Of a DNA stretch of 64,000 nucleotides, positions 50,350-63,945 are shown in pieces; the stretch's first letter is position 1; each line of letters starts with the position of its first letter. This DNA is from Eledone cirrhosa (lineage: Eukaryota): NCBI GenBank assembly GCA_964016885.1, contig OZ024751.1, positions 50,840,001-50,904,000 of the forward strand, given 5' to 3'. The notes beneath the pieces were generated by a model. It did no database searches. It was not told the DNA's origin and worked only from the letters and a program-made list of their open reading frames with translations. The position numbers and the translations under genes were made by a program.

Positions 50350-52802
50350 TTAGTAGTGGTGGTGGTGGCGGCAGTGGGTATAAACAGGGTGGTTGTTGGT
50401 GTATGCAGTAGTAGTGGTGGTGGTGGAGGTAAACATGGTGGTTGTTGGTGTATGTGGTGGTGGTAAATATGGTGGTTGTTGGTGTATGTGGTGGTGGTAA
50501 ATATGGTGGTTGTTGGTGTATGTGGTGGTGGTGGTGGTGGTTGTTGGTGTATGTGGTGGTGGTAAATATGGTGGTTGTTGGTGTATGTGGTGGTGGTGGT
50601 GGTGGTTGTTGGTGTATGTGGTGGTGGTAAATATAGTGGTTGTTTGTGTATGCAGTAGTGGTGGTGGTGGTGGTGGTAAATATGGTGGTTGTTGGTGTAT
50701 GTGGTGGTGGTGGTGGTAAACATGGTGGTTGTTGGTGTATGCAGTAGTGGTGGTGGTGGTAAACATGGTTGTTGCTGGTGTATGCAGTGGTGGTGGAGGT
50801 AAACATGGTGGTTGTTGGTGTATGCAGTGGTGGTGGTGGTGGTAAACATGGTGGTTGCTGGTGTATGCAGTGGTGGTGGTGGTAAACATGGTTGCTGTTG
50901 GTGTATGCAGTAGTGGTGGTGGTGGTAAATATGGTGGTTGCTGGTGTATGCAGTAGTGGTGGTGGTGGTAAATATGGTGGTTGCTGGTGTATGCAGTGGT
51001 GGTGGTGGTAAACATGGTTGCTGTTGGTGTATGCAGTGGTGGTGGTGGTGGTGGTAAACATGGTTGTTGCTGGTGTATGCAGTGGTGGTGGTGGTGGTAA
51101 ACATGGTTGTTGTTGGTGTATGCAGTGGTGGTGGTGGTAAACATGGTTGTTGTTGGTGTATGCAGTGGTGGTGGTGGTGGTAAACATGGTTGTTGCTGGT
51201 GTATGCAGTGGTGGTGGTGGTGGTAAACATGGTTGTTGCTGGTGTATGCAGTGGTGGTGGTGGTGGTAAACATGGTTGTTGTTGGTGTATGCAGTGGTGG
51301 TGGTGGTAAACATGGTTGTTGTTGGTGTATGCAGTGGTGGTGGTGGTAAACATGGTTGCTGTTGGTGTATGCAGTGGTGGTGGTGGTGGAGGTAAACATG
51401 GTGGTTGTTGGTGTATGCAGTGGTGGTGGTGGTGGTAAACATGGTTGTTGTTGGTGTATGCAGTGGTGGTGGTGGTAAACATGGTTGTTGTTGGTGTATG
51501 CAGTGGTGGTGGTGGTAAACATGGTTGTTGCTGGTGTATGCAGTGGTGGTGGTGGTAAACATGGTTGTTGCTGGTGTATGCAGTGGTGGTGGTGGTAAAC
51601 ATGGTTGTTGCTGGTGTATGCAGTGGTGGTGGTGGTAAACATGGTTGTTGCTGGTGTATGCAGTGGTGGTGGTGGTAAACATGGTTGTTGTTGGTGTATG
51701 CAGTGGTGGTGGTGGTAAACATGGTTGTTGCTGGTGTATGCAGTGGTGGTGGTGGTGGTAAACATGGTTGTTGCTGGTGTATGCAGTGGTGGTGGTGGTG
51801 GTAAACATGGTTGTTGTTGGTGTATGCAGTGGTGGTGGTGGTAAACATGGTTGTTGTTGGTGTATGCAGTGGTGGTGGTGGTAAACATGGTTGCTGTTGG
51901 TGTATGCAGTGGTGGTGGTGGTGGAGGTAAACATGGTTGCTGTTGGTGTATGCAGTGGTGGTGGTGGTGGTAAACATGGTTGTTGTTGGTGTATGCAGTG
52001 GTGGTGGTGGTAAACATGGTTGTTGTTGGTGTATGCAGTAGTGGTGGTGGTGGTAAATATGGTGGTTGCTGGTGTATGCAGTGGTGGTGGTGGTGGTGGT
52101 AAACATGGTTGTTGTTGGTGTATGCAGTAGTGGTGGTGGTGGTAAACATGGTTGTTGTTGGTGTATGCAGTAGTGGTGGTGGTGGTAAACATGGTTGTTG
52201 TTGGTGTATGCAGTGGTGGTGGTGGTGGTAAACATGGTTGTTGTTGGTGTATGCAGTGGTGGTGGTGGTGGTGGTAAACATGGTTGTTGTTGGTGTATGC
52301 AGTAGTGGTGGTGGTGGTAAACATGGTTGTTGTTGGTGTATGCAGTGGTGGTGGTGGTGGTGGTGGTAAACATGGTTGTTGTTGGTGTATGCAGTAGTGG
52401 TGGTGGTGGTGGTAAACATGGTTGTTGTTGGTGTATGCACTAGTGGTGGTGGTGGTGGTAAACATGGTTGTTGTTGGTGTATGCACTAGCGGTGGTGGTG
52501 GTGGTGGTAAACATGGTGGTTGTTTGTGTATGCAGTAGTGGTGGTTGTTGGTGTATGCAGTAGTGGTGGTGGTGGAGGTAAACAAGGTGGTTGTTGGTGT
52601 ATGCAGTAGTGGTGGTGGTGGTAAACATGGTGGTTGTTTGTATATGCAGTAGTGGTGGTGGCGGTGAGGTAAACATGGTGGTTGTTTGTGTATACAATAG
52701 TGGTGGTGGTGGTGGTAAACATGGTTGTTGTTTGTGTATACAATAGTGGTGGTGGTGGTGGTAAACATGGTTGTTGTTTGTGTATACAGTGGTGGTGGTT
52801 GT
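50350..52802. repeat. 2.45-kb minisatellite (about 40-46-bp unit) in the last PTPN9 intron
   Basis: Unit GTAAACATGGTTGTTGTTGGTGTATGCAGT(GGT)n. Confidence 0.97.
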
Positions 52803-53002
52803 TTGTGATGATAAAAGACAGCAGGAAGTTAGTGTGTGAAGAGGATGACAGAGACCTATAGGTTGGTTGTGAAAGGAGACTATGTTCCAGTACACTCATC
52901 CCTCTCTGTACAAGGGGAAAGGCAATTTTCTACTGCAGTTCATATAGTGTTAAAGAAGGCTGAAATTTAAGAGAACCAAATCAAAGACAACACAGCACTG
53001 AC

Positions 53003-53210
53003 CTGTACGCCCAATACCAGCACTACAATGAACCACAATTGGCGGACCAAGTGGATGACCTTGCCAACAATCACCCATGTCTTGTACAGCTTCAGCCTGG
53101 AGCGTCCGTACTTTTGACAAGAACTGGAGAAATGCTTCTGCTTTGTGTGGGACACCGTAATCTGGCCATCTGATAAATTGCATATGTTGTATAACCCTCT
53201 CTTCACCTGT
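53003..53210 (-). CDS. PTPN9: PTPN9 homologue exon with WPD loop and catalytic motif
   Basis: TGEERVIQHMQFIRWPDYGVP...PPIVVHCSAGIGRT; cag| and G|gtcag. Confidence 0.95.
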
Positions 53211-53902
53211 CTGTCAATGGAAAAACATGAAGAAAAACAGTCAAATAATTGGTTTTAGAGTTAAGATTGGGAAGGCTCTGTTCAAAATACTAGAGTGAAG
53301 TAAGAAAAACAAAACAACACTTTATATTTCATGATATTTGAGGAGTTAGGAAGCCTTTTTAAAAGAATGGAAATAGAGAGAGGTTGTGATCATCTATTGT
53401 TTTCAAAGGTTAGACAAACTGTCATGTTATGAGGACAGACAGTTCAGATGACTGCATCTTGTTCATACACTCCAATTTTGACTTGGTTTCCACAGCTGGA
53501 TGCCCTTCCTAGTACAAACAGCCTTATAGAGTGGACAGGGTGTTTTTTTTTTGTCATAGCACCAGTATGACCACTTTACAGCAACCCCCTGATCTCGGAG
53601 CTCCACACTATGGAGTAACATTATTCCAAAGACCCTTTGGAAGAAGCCCATTTCAGCTGTTTGTATTTGAGATCATATTTTTTCAGTCCTCCTCCTTGCA
53701 CTCGCAGTACAAGGAAGCACAAAAAGTCACAGGAGAGACTGTAAAAGCGTTTGTGATAAAAACATTGGGGGGGAGTTAAGGGTTAAGCTGGAATCTGTCA
53801 AACCACCCACTGAGTTCATAATAAAAAATCCCCCTCCAGCCTAAATTGACAATGAAAACCTCTGGGGAAAGAGGATTAGGGATAAGACACACCCTTACAT
53901 AC

Positions 53903-54053
53903 CTTATTGTTCTTCAGAATCAATGTAGACACCTGATAATCAGAACTCTGTTTTACACAACTGTTATGTACATCAAAATGATCATATGTCTCGTATGTAT
54001 CTGTCTCCAATGGCCAATACTGTTCACATTTCAACCGATTTCTCTCCATTATT
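53903..54053 (-). CDS. PTPN9: PTPN9 homologue exon
   Basis: (R)IMERNRLKCEQYWPLETD...LILKNNK; KCxxYWP motif; phases 2 and 0 fit the neighbours. Confidence 0.93.
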
Positions 54054-54411
54054 CTGACAAAGAGAAACAGGAAAACAAGATTCTAAAAGACGAAAACAAA
54101 AATACCAGAAGGAAAGTGGTTGTGGCAGCAACAGCAGCAGTAGTAGTAGTAGTAGTAATGTGGTGTTGTGGTGATGATGGTACTGTGATATTGTATAGTG
54201 TGGTGATGATAGTATTGTACAGTGTTGTAGCTATCACCAAGGAAATTGGTTGTGGCAGTAGTAGTAGTAGTAGTAATGTGGTGTTGTGGTGATGATGATT
54301 AAGGGGTATTATATAATGTTATATATATAAATATATATACACATATATATCAATACAAAATTAAGTACTCTGTATATATATCTAAGTAAATAAAAATAGG
54401 TTAAAACATAC

Positions 54412-54490
54412 CTGGTTAACATAACTATAACAAGGCACTTCTGTTCCCATACCATTCTCCAGAAATCACCAGTGGTTCTTGATAGACAAC
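54412..54490 (-). CDS. PTPN9: PTPN9 homologue exon
   Basis: (G)CLSRTTGDFWRMVWEQKCLVIVMLT; DFWxMVW motif; canonical splice sites. Confidence 0.93.
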
Positions 54491-54613
54491 CTATATTAAT
54501 AAATATACTCAGAAGATTAGTATAACACACACACATACATCTATATATATATATACAAACACACATATATATACACACACACACATATACACACACACAT
54601 ATATATATACACA

Positions 54614-54780
54614 CATCATCATCATTTCATTTCATTTTACGTCCACTTTTCCCTGCTTGCAAGGGTGGGACGGGAACTGATTCTGGCTTGATTTCTACAG
54701 CTGGATGCCCTTCCTAACACCAACCTCATTTACAGTGAGTGCTGGGTGCTTTTTTGCCGTGGCACCTCCAGAGACCACTT
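54614..54780 (-). mobile_element. Short internally deleted RTE derivative (5' end joined to 3' end)
   Basis: Matches both the RTE 3' end at 54917-54968 and the RTE 5' region at 58011-58090; relatives at about 6312, 17405, 23335 and 35135. Confidence 0.7.
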
Positions 54781-54916
54781 TGCAGTGGAAAGATAGGGAC
54801 CCCAGTCCCTATCATCTCATTTCTACAGCTGAGTAAACTGGAGCAATGTGAAATAAAGTGTCTTGCTCAAGGAAACAACACACACATATATATATACATA
54901 CATACATACATACACC

Positions 54917-57900
54917 ATCATCATCATCATTTTACGTCCGCTTTTCCCTGCTTGAAGGGTGGGACGGGTCTTATTCAGCACAGCATCTCTCCACTCGTCA
55001 CGGTCCTTCGTCATCTCCACCGTAAGCTTCAATGATCTGAGGTCTGTTCTCACCACCTCCGCCCATGTTTTTCATGGTCTACCTCTACCACGTCTTCCTT
55101 CAACTGGCATTTCCTGGCACTTCTTCACCCATCAGTCATCCTCCATGCGCATCACATGTCCATACCACCTCAGTCTCCTCTCCCGTACACTACATTCTAT
55201 CCCTCTCAGACACAGTTTCTCTCTCAACACATTTATGCTGGGTCGTTCACGCACATTTACACTGCACATCCAACGGAGCATGCTGGCCTCATTTCTCTCC
55301 AGCCGTCACATATCCTCTGCAGTTGCTGCCCATGTCTCACTACCATGCAGCATCGCGCTCCTCACACAGGCATCATACAACCGGCCTTTCGTACACAGGG
55401 AGAAACCCTTCTTCGTCAACAGAGGAAGCAGCTCCCTAAACTTCTTCCAACCCGTCCTTATTCTAGATACTATGGCCTCAGAACACCCTCCTCCCATGCT
55501 AATCTGATCTCCTAGGTACCGGAAGCTATCCACCACTTCTACAGCGCACTCCTGCATTTGAAAAATGTGTCTATCAATGCGACTTCTACTGTCTAATTTC
55601 CCTGTACATCTACTGCATACATATTTCTCCCTACCTGTTAGTTTGCCTGCTATCCCACTACATCTTTTGTGTACCCAGGATCTGCATTGTGTGCATTTTA
55701 TAGAATTTATGCCAGTTCCTTTTCTGCATATCGAACATGGCCATTTCCCTGACGGAATCAGGGTGTTGTCCTCTTTTCTACTTATCAACACTTTTGTCTT
55801 AGCTAGGTTCACTCTCAGTCCTCTTGCTTCCAACTGCTGTTTCCATAGCCAGAATTTATTCTCTAGCTCCTCTACTGATACTGCTATAAGAACCAGATCG
55901 TCAGCATAGAGAAGTTCCCATGGACAGCCAGTCTGTTATGGCTTGGAGGACTATAATGAACAAGAGCGGGCTGAGGACCGAACCTTGATGTACTCCTACT
56001 TGTATCTGGAATTCCTCACTAAACTCCATTCCTACCCTGACTTTACTGAGAGTACCTCTGTACAAAGTTTGCACTGTGCTCACAAGCCATTCTTCAACAC
56101 CTAGCTTCCTTAGGGACCACCAGATGACCGATCGGGGTACCCTATCAAAGCCTTCTCTAGGTCATCAAAGGCTAAGTATAGTGGCTTATTTTTCTCTAAG
56201 AACCTCTCTTGCAATTGTCTCACCAAGAAGAGGGCATCTGTTGTACTCTTCCCAGGCACAAAACCAAACTGCATCTCATCTAGTTTGACCCTTTCTCTAA
56301 TTAGTTGTGCTAATATCCTTTCTGCCACTTCATAACCTGATCTATCAGTTTTATACCCCTATAATTGTTCCTCTCCAAAGCATCCCCTTTACCTTTGTAG
56401 TAATTTATGAGAATACTACTGCACCAGTCTTTGGGTATGACACCACCATATATAGCCTGATTGATGATGCGTGCAACCAGTTTAGTGCCTACGTCCCCTG
56501 ATGCCTTCAGCATCTCAGCAACTATTCCTGATGGTCCAGCAACCTTACCATTTTTCATTTCCTTAATCGCCTCTTGAACCCTATATTCGTCAATCTCAAT
56601 AGCTGGTCCCCCTGTCGGATCTACTAAGGGTAATTTCTCTCTCTCCCATTCGTTCTCCACATTCATCAGTCTCTCATAATGACATTTCCAGGCCTCCTTT
56701 TTCTGATCATTCGTGACACTCAGTACACCGGCATCATCCCAGACACATTTATCTCCAACAACATCCTGATTTGCATTGACACACTGCCTTGCAATGTGGA
56801 ACACCGCACGCCTCTGATCTTCCCGTCGCAGAACATTGGCAAACCTCCTACTCTCCGCCTCCCTGCGTGCTAAGTACACCTGACGTCTAGCTTCTCTCTT
56901 AGTGGCTGTATATTCTTCCCTACTCCCACCCTTTTTCCAAGCCTTCCATGCTAGTCTTTTGTCTCTAATGGCCTTATCTACTGTGCTGTTCCACCACCAG
57001 GTCACTTTCTGTCTGGTTGGAGCTCTGCTCCAGCCACAAGTTTCATCAGTAGCCTGCAGCAAGTTGTCACGTAAGAAATTCCAGTTATTATCTATGTCAT
57101 ACGTCTCTAAATCGACTTCTTTTTCGTCATATACATCTTGAAGGGCTTTCCTAAATTTGTATTTTAGTGAAAGGACTTTTAGCTTCCAGACCTTTCTTCT
57201 CCACACCTTCCTGTATGTCTCATTCCATCTCTTGCTTACTGAGATATCACTAACGACTAACCTATGCTGTGGGGTACATTCTTCCCCAGGGTATGCCTTG
57301 GTATTAGACACTATCTGCCTGTCCCGCTGCCTAACTAGTAAGAAGTCAATCTGGCTTATGTGCTCACCAGATTTGTAGGTTATTAGGTGATTGGCAGGTT
57401 TCTAGAAGTTTGTGTTGCAAATAGTCAATGTACCCGCATCACAAAATTCAAGAAGTCTCGCTCCTTCATTTCTTGAGCCGTAACCGTGCCCACCATGTAC
57501 CCCAGTGTAACCATCCTGGAGCTGTCCAACATGACCATTGAATTCTCCTGCTAGCATAACGATGTCTCCGTCCTCTGTCATTGCGGTTGTTTGTAAAAGT
57601 TGCTCGTAAAAGCAGTCTTTCTCATCTTTGCCTAGGCCTGCTTGGGGAGCATAGGCCGAGATGATTGTCAGTAGTCTCCTGCCTACAACCAATCTAAGCT
57701 TAATTATTCGATTACTAACTCGAACTACCTCTATTGTCTTATTGATCCATTTCTCAGCCAGGAAAATGCCGACTCCCCCTAACCCATCATCCTTACCTAC
57801 CCAGAATAGCCTATAGCTAAGACGCTTGCCTACAACTAGTCTCGCAGAGGCACCTCTCCATCTCACCTCTTGCACGCAGCACACATCCACATGCATCTCC

Positions 57901-58110
57901 AGCATCTCCGCTATTTCAGCAGATCTACCTCTGAGAGTGCCAACATTAAGTGTTGCAACTCTGAGATGCGACGTCTTCATATTTTGTTGTTGTTCCTATT
58001 TGTTTGATACACTAGTTGGATGCCCTTCCTAACACCAGCGCCACTTTACAGCATGGACTGGGTGCTTTTATTTGTGCCACCAGCACTAGAGAGGATGTCT
58101 TACTAGACTC
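54917..58110 (-). mobile_element. Near-full-length RTE-clade LINE, frameshifted, in a PTPN9 intron
   Basis: APE endonuclease (LRVATLNVGTL..CCVQEVRW..SAYAPQ) at 57402-57980; RT pieces (NYRGIKL, QFGFVPG, GVHQGSVLSPLLF, YADD at about 55899-55910); (ATG)n 3' tail. Confidence 0.93.
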
Positions 58111-58181
58111 AAGGGCCCTCTCTACCCCTCCATTTTACAGCATGGTCATAAAAAAAAAAAAAAAAAAAACTTATTGACATG

Positions 58182-58233
<52 letters not shown>

Positions 58234-58293
58234 ATGCATACAAACCACAAACACACACGCCACTCACATACCAACACTCATTCATGCATACAA

Positions 58294-58329
<36 letters not shown>

Positions 58330-59292
58330 TACCGGCAGTACTGATACAAATTCAAAATCAAAATCATGTCAACTGTTGACTTTTCCCAGTCCAGTTCATA
58401 TACATACATATATACATACATACATACATACATAAATATACATACATACATATATACACATACATACATAAATATAGATACATACATACATAAATATACA
58501 TACATACATACATATATATATACATATACATACATATAAATACATACATATACATACATGCACACACATCATCATCATCATCTTTTTACATCGCCTTTTC
58601 CATGCTTGCATTGGTTAGACAGGTCCTTTTCAGTACTGCATCTCTCCACTCATTACGATCCTTTGTCATCTTTACTGTAGCGACTTCTGCCCAGGTCTTC
58701 CTCAACTGCAGCTTAATTCCACTGAGATTTTTTGGCACTTTACCCAGCAATCATCATACATGCACATCACGTCAGCCACGCTTTGTTGTTCACACACATC
58801 CATCGAAGCATGCTCTCTTCAATTCTTAGCCTTCAAAGAGAGCATCTTTTTCCTTTAGACAATATATCTAAAACCTCAGAAGGATTTGAACTCAATGCAA
58901 AGGGTTGCACTAATTTCTTTCTTCTCAAGCCCAGAGGCTCATCTGGTCTGTTAATGAAGTGACTGAGAGTACAAGACTTCCTCCTAGACAGGACGCTAAC
59001 CCATCATAGGGTTAACCCTCAGCTGCTGTTGCTGGTACATTTTCTACTGAGTGTATTGGAGCAATGTAAAATAAAATGTTTTGCTCAAAAACATAATGCA
59101 CAACAGTCCAGGAATTAAACCCACGACCTTATTATGATAAGTCCAAAAGTCTAACCAATTGGCCACATGTCTTTGCAGCACTAATACCTCACAAGACATT
59201 TCAGTCAATGTTTTAATACTTGTGCCAATTCAAATGAAAGACCTATATCGCCTATATTTGCATTTTTTTTCAGGAGACAGAGGTCAATTTAC

Positions 59293-59453
59293 CTTGTGTG
59301 GTTATATACGCATTTTTCTGCTTGTAGCCATCAACATAATTTGCATTGATGTAATCTGACCTGGGATCTCCCTCCATCTTCGATAACACAACTCTGGAAT
59401 GGTCGTAACACAATACATCGAGGTAACGGTTTTTGGGGAGGTTGTATTTAGCT
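59293..59453 (-). CDS. PTPN9: PTPN9 homologue exon
   Basis: [21 protein letters not shown]...[21 protein letters not shown]; KNRY and DYINA motifs; DGYKQKNAY as in PTPN9. Confidence 0.95.
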
Positions 59454-59685
59454 CTGAAAGAGACAAAGGTCAAAAGGTTGAGATAGTGTAAACATGTCCA
59501 ATAGAAGAGAACAGGACAATGAAGAAAGAAATAGAAAAGTAATCTCTATTCTAGTTTTTCTTTCTCTTGTTTTTGTTGTTTTTTTTTTTATTGTAAGATA
59601 CCGTTCCTAGTCTGTCATGACTCACTAGCTCTATGCGGACGTTGAAAATTAATGAAAATATATAAATAAATCTGTAAACACTCAC

Positions 59686-60386
59686 TTTGAAACATAGAAA
59701 GTTCCAGTTGGAGATTCTGATCTTATATTGAGATATTCTTGACGTAAACCCTTCTTCCTCAACTTTCTCACATGATCAGCCAGAGTCTCTATGTCAATGC
59801 CATTGTCATCTGCCATGTGTAAGCTTTCTTCATAGTTCTGTGAATCAACAGACACGGGCCGACGCTTGCATGGATGGCTTGGGTCTGTAATAGCAGACTC
59901 GTTTTCATCGTTGGGTAAAAACGTATCAGACGACCTCTTCCGAGTGTCGGCATTTGCAGCAGCTGACGACCGAATGTCCACCCCTGTGTGCATTCTCTGC
60001 ACCACCACAGGTGTTTCCTTCTCAACAATCACTTCCTTCTCCATCCGAATTCGTTGATTTTCGCCTTCCTTCTCTTTCTCTTCCTCGTTGTACTTTTCGC
60101 TGACCGTTTCACGTGACGTTTCCTCTGAAGAGTCAAAATCACTGGCGAATATGTTTGTCTCCGTTTCAGCAGAGTCACTTGACTGCATCGCTTCTTTTGA
60201 CTCAGTCACTTGCTGCAACGACTGGTTGCTGAAGTAAAATGACATGTCTGGATTTTGATTGGTGGCCACTAGAAAACAAAGCTTGACCCAGGTGTTGTGA
60301 TTAGGCACTAAATGACCTCCCAGTTGTTTAGGGAGAGACTCACAAGGAATATGGAAAGGCAACTCAGCTACAGCCACTGTAAAGAC
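59686..60386 (-). CDS. PTPN9: PTPN9 homologue exon: end of Sec14/CRAL-TRIO domain, long linker, start of PTP domain
   Basis: ttcag|GTC; ..HIPCESLPKQLGG.. (Sec14 C-terminus), acidic linker, ..KGLRQEYLNIR..; donor AA|gtgagt. Confidence 0.9.
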
Positions 60387-61367
60387 CTGAAATTTTTTTG
60401 AAAAAAATGTTTAATTATAGCAAAAAATAATTTTAATAAAACAAATTTTTAAAAAAATACTTTTCTTAGCAAAGAGGTATCTTTAAAATTCCACCCAGGT
60501 CATTCTTAGAGGGTGTCACTGTGGACTTCTTTCTTTATATGTATGGATGCATAGGAGGAGTCAGTTAACTACATCATGTCACATTTCTTGGCATTGAAGA
60601 AACTCCAATATCGAAGATGCATCCTAATTTTGAAAAACCAGAAACATAAAAACAAGGTCTTCCACATAACCTTCACATACCAATACAGCAGGAGCTGTAC
60701 TTCCACATACCAATACTTATGGTCCTTACAGCAGGAACTGTCCTTCACATACCAACGAGATACAGCATGATACACTGCATGACAAGTCTGGCCCTTTGAA
60801 TCAAAGCAGTTTCCATCTACCCAATTTTACTCACAAGGTATAGGACAACACAAGGTTATCATAAGACACAATTTAAAATGCCATTTAGTGGGATTGAACC
60901 CAGAACCTTGTAAGTGTGATGCCTTCTTAATCGTTCAGCTTTGTTGCTTCTAAGATTAACAAAACAGTCTTCATGGTTCTAATAGACTTGTGCAAGGCTT
61001 CACACTGAGATTAAATATAGACCCACAGAGTTGCAAAGTAAGCCTCTAAACCACATGGACATCCCTGCCTGTTACCAAATAAAACAGAGATAAATGTTAA
61101 CATCGAGAATACTAACCCGATCACGTAGTTTCTCTCTTAAAAAAAGTTGTAGAATTCTAAAAGAAGCTTTAAACCAAAGAGGAGCAGCAACAATCAATAC
61201 TTTTTTTAATCGAGCCGGATATGCACCCTGAAATATAGATTAAACATGTGTATAATAAAGATGTGTGTGTGTGTCTGTGTCTGTGTGTGTGTCTGTGTCT
61301 GTGTGTGTCTGTGTCAATGGCCATCCAAAATCACCGAGAGAGATGACCCCCTTAGCCTTTGTCAAGG

Positions 61368-61745
61368 CAGAATTCTAGGAGAAGGAAAACTCTGATATAA
61401 CACCTGCAACCCTGATGGTTTCCAATGATGTTGACTTGTTCTTCTTTTTGGTAAATATCATCTTGGTTAAGAGAGTGGGACTGGCTTTGTGCAGTGCCTT
61501 TGCTCACTATAAAAGCTTCATGGCACAGGCATTGCTTTATATCTGGAGATCTCTCTGCACTTGTCATCACATGGTACCATGGGCCCAGCACTATGTGTCA
61601 ATAATTGTCACAAGTGTAGTGTTTGTACCAGAGTTTTCAAGTCGATGGCTGGACTAAAAAGTCACTTGTTCAGCGCATCGGTAGGGGTTCTCTTACATGG
61701 ATATAAAGTAGTGGCCGTACTCGAAAACAAGTTGGCAGCCACCAT
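61368..61745 (+). mobile_element. LINE 3' fragment, same family as 45450-45827
   Basis: Reverse-complement match; CSVCTRVFKSMAGLKSH. Confidence 0.6.
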
Positions 61746-61750
61746 GTATG

Positions 61751-61781
<31 letters not shown>

Positions 61782-61941
61782 TTCTTTTACTTTTTTACCT
61801 GTTCCAGTCGACTGACTGAGGCCATGCTGGGACACAGCCATTGATATATATCTACACACATGCATATACACATATACACACACACACATGCATATACACA
61901 CACACACACACACATGCATATCCACATACACACATGCATAT

Positions 61942-61978
<37 letters not shown>

Positions 61979-62202
61979 TGTGAAAATTAAACAGAAAACA
62001 ACACAGCTAACGACACTACAATAAAGATATATATTAGTTTAACACTTGATAGAGTAGGAAAAGAGTCTTAATGTTTCAGAAGACAAAATGAGAAATAAAA
62101 GAAAAACAGAAAGATAGAGGAGAGTGAGAAGAGGAAGAAACGGAAAAACTCAAGTCACTATTAATAACAAACATATGAGAGAGCTTCTCTATGTGTTCAC
62201 TC

Positions 62203-62365
62203 AAACCTTTTGTTAACAGTTTTAATGAAAGACACTTTCTATGATTCTCAAATCATTTTGAAAATAATCAAAAATTTCGAGGGATTAAGTTAAAAATCAA
62301 ACTTTCTCATTATTAAATTGGTGTAAGTAACATAAAAGTTTTACATAAAATAATGATGGAAGGTT

Positions 62366-62405
<40 letters not shown>

Positions 62406-62477
62406 ATTTAAAAATATATAGTTTTGTATCCTCGAACCAAGGGCAGTTTCAGGCAGTTTGGTATCAAAAGGGTTAAA
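62203..62477. mobile_element. Old piggyBac-like MITE
   Basis: Ends ..GGTATCAAAAGGG-TTAA; internal similarity to 18012-18268. Confidence 0.5.
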
Positions 62478-63254
62478 AATACATGGAGATGTTGGATAAT
62501 GCAGTCCAAGATATATTATATCTGAAAAATAATTTACTCACGAGTGAGTAATTACTTCCATATAGAGTACACATGATGACAATGATAATGATTGTGATGA
62601 TGCTGGTAGTTATGATTGTAATGTTATGACAGTAAGGTTAAGTGACTGAAATAAAAATACTTATTTTTGTCAAGTACTCTTAACAGTCATCTAATACTCT
62701 TAACAGTCATCTAATACTCTTAACAAGACTCTTAACCAATACCACTGAGACCATCTTCACCATCATTACAGACTACGCCAACACCGTCATTGACAACACT
62801 ACCACCATCATCATCATTGCTATAACCGAGACCATCACCATCGCCCATACCACCACCACTATCCTTACCAAAACAGACTACCACCGCCACTATCATCACC
62901 GTCCTTACCAAGACTACCACTATCACCATCATTAAGACTACCAATACCACTATCATCACCATCATTAAGACCACCAATACCACTATCATCTCCAAGACCA
63001 CCACCAATACCACTATCATCTCCAAGACCACCACCAACACCATAAATTTATAATGAAAAATTAAAACTGAAATAAGCAACAACAACTACCTTTAACATAT
63101 TAAGAATCTTGATACTGAGATTGTAGTCAAAGTTGCCATATTTAGAATCAGTCATATCATATATAAAGACCAGGCCATGTTTTTGTGTTTCAAAACTGCA
63201 ACAGAAAACAAATTATATACATATGTATTAATAACATATAATTATAAAAATAAT

Positions 63255-63945
63255 GACTTATCATTCATGCCGGGTTTCCTCAGACAACATTGATAATTAT
63301 ACTTCTCCACTTGGCCCTATCCAGCAGGGCTTCCATGAGTTCCTTCCAAGATTTGTGTCTTTACAAACTCGATCCAGGAACATAACATGAGGCCAACCTC
63401 TTGTTCTTCTACCATGTGTGGTTTCCCATAGCAGTAACTGGTATAATGCCTCTGCCTGATCTCTTCGCCATACATGACCTATGTGACAGTCTTCTAGCCT
63501 TTATGATGTCTCTAATCAGTCTGAGTTCACTGTATAGAGACTCATTTGTTCTGTGCTCCCTCCAAGATGCACTTTCCTTAGTAGTCTTGTATATGTGCCA
63601 TCTAACCGTCTTTCCATCTCTTTTGAGAGTGTCCAGCACTTCGCTTCATACACAAGAACACTTTCAATTGTTCATTGAAAGAACTTAACCTTTGGTTTGG
63701 TGTTGAAGTTTGATTTCCAAATGACATTCATTTTGTTTGTAACTGTTCAGACTAAGTTAATTCTAGAGCTCATTTCTTTTTCTGAGGTGTTGATCCGCGA
63801 ACCAAGATAACTAAAATCCTCAATGTTTTTTTCCATTTTATGACACAAATGGTTGTCTGCAATATATTCCATCTTCTCATTTATGTAAAGTCCAATTGTT
63901 TCGCAAAGGGATGTAACCCTATGCGATAAAGCATGTTGTCCAAAG
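63255..63945 (-). mobile_element. Decayed RTE-like LINE 3' fragment
   Basis: ..IGLYIN..IEDFSYLGS.. and ..SWREHRTNESLY..IIKARRL.. fragments. Confidence 0.65.

Noticed and set aside
50096-52768. 890-aa His/Pro/Thr-rich ORF fused to the PTP C-terminus
   Set aside because: Stop-free intronic minisatellite in frame with the real last exon; a proper acceptor sits at 50320-50321, and read-through from the upstream exon stops at 52950.
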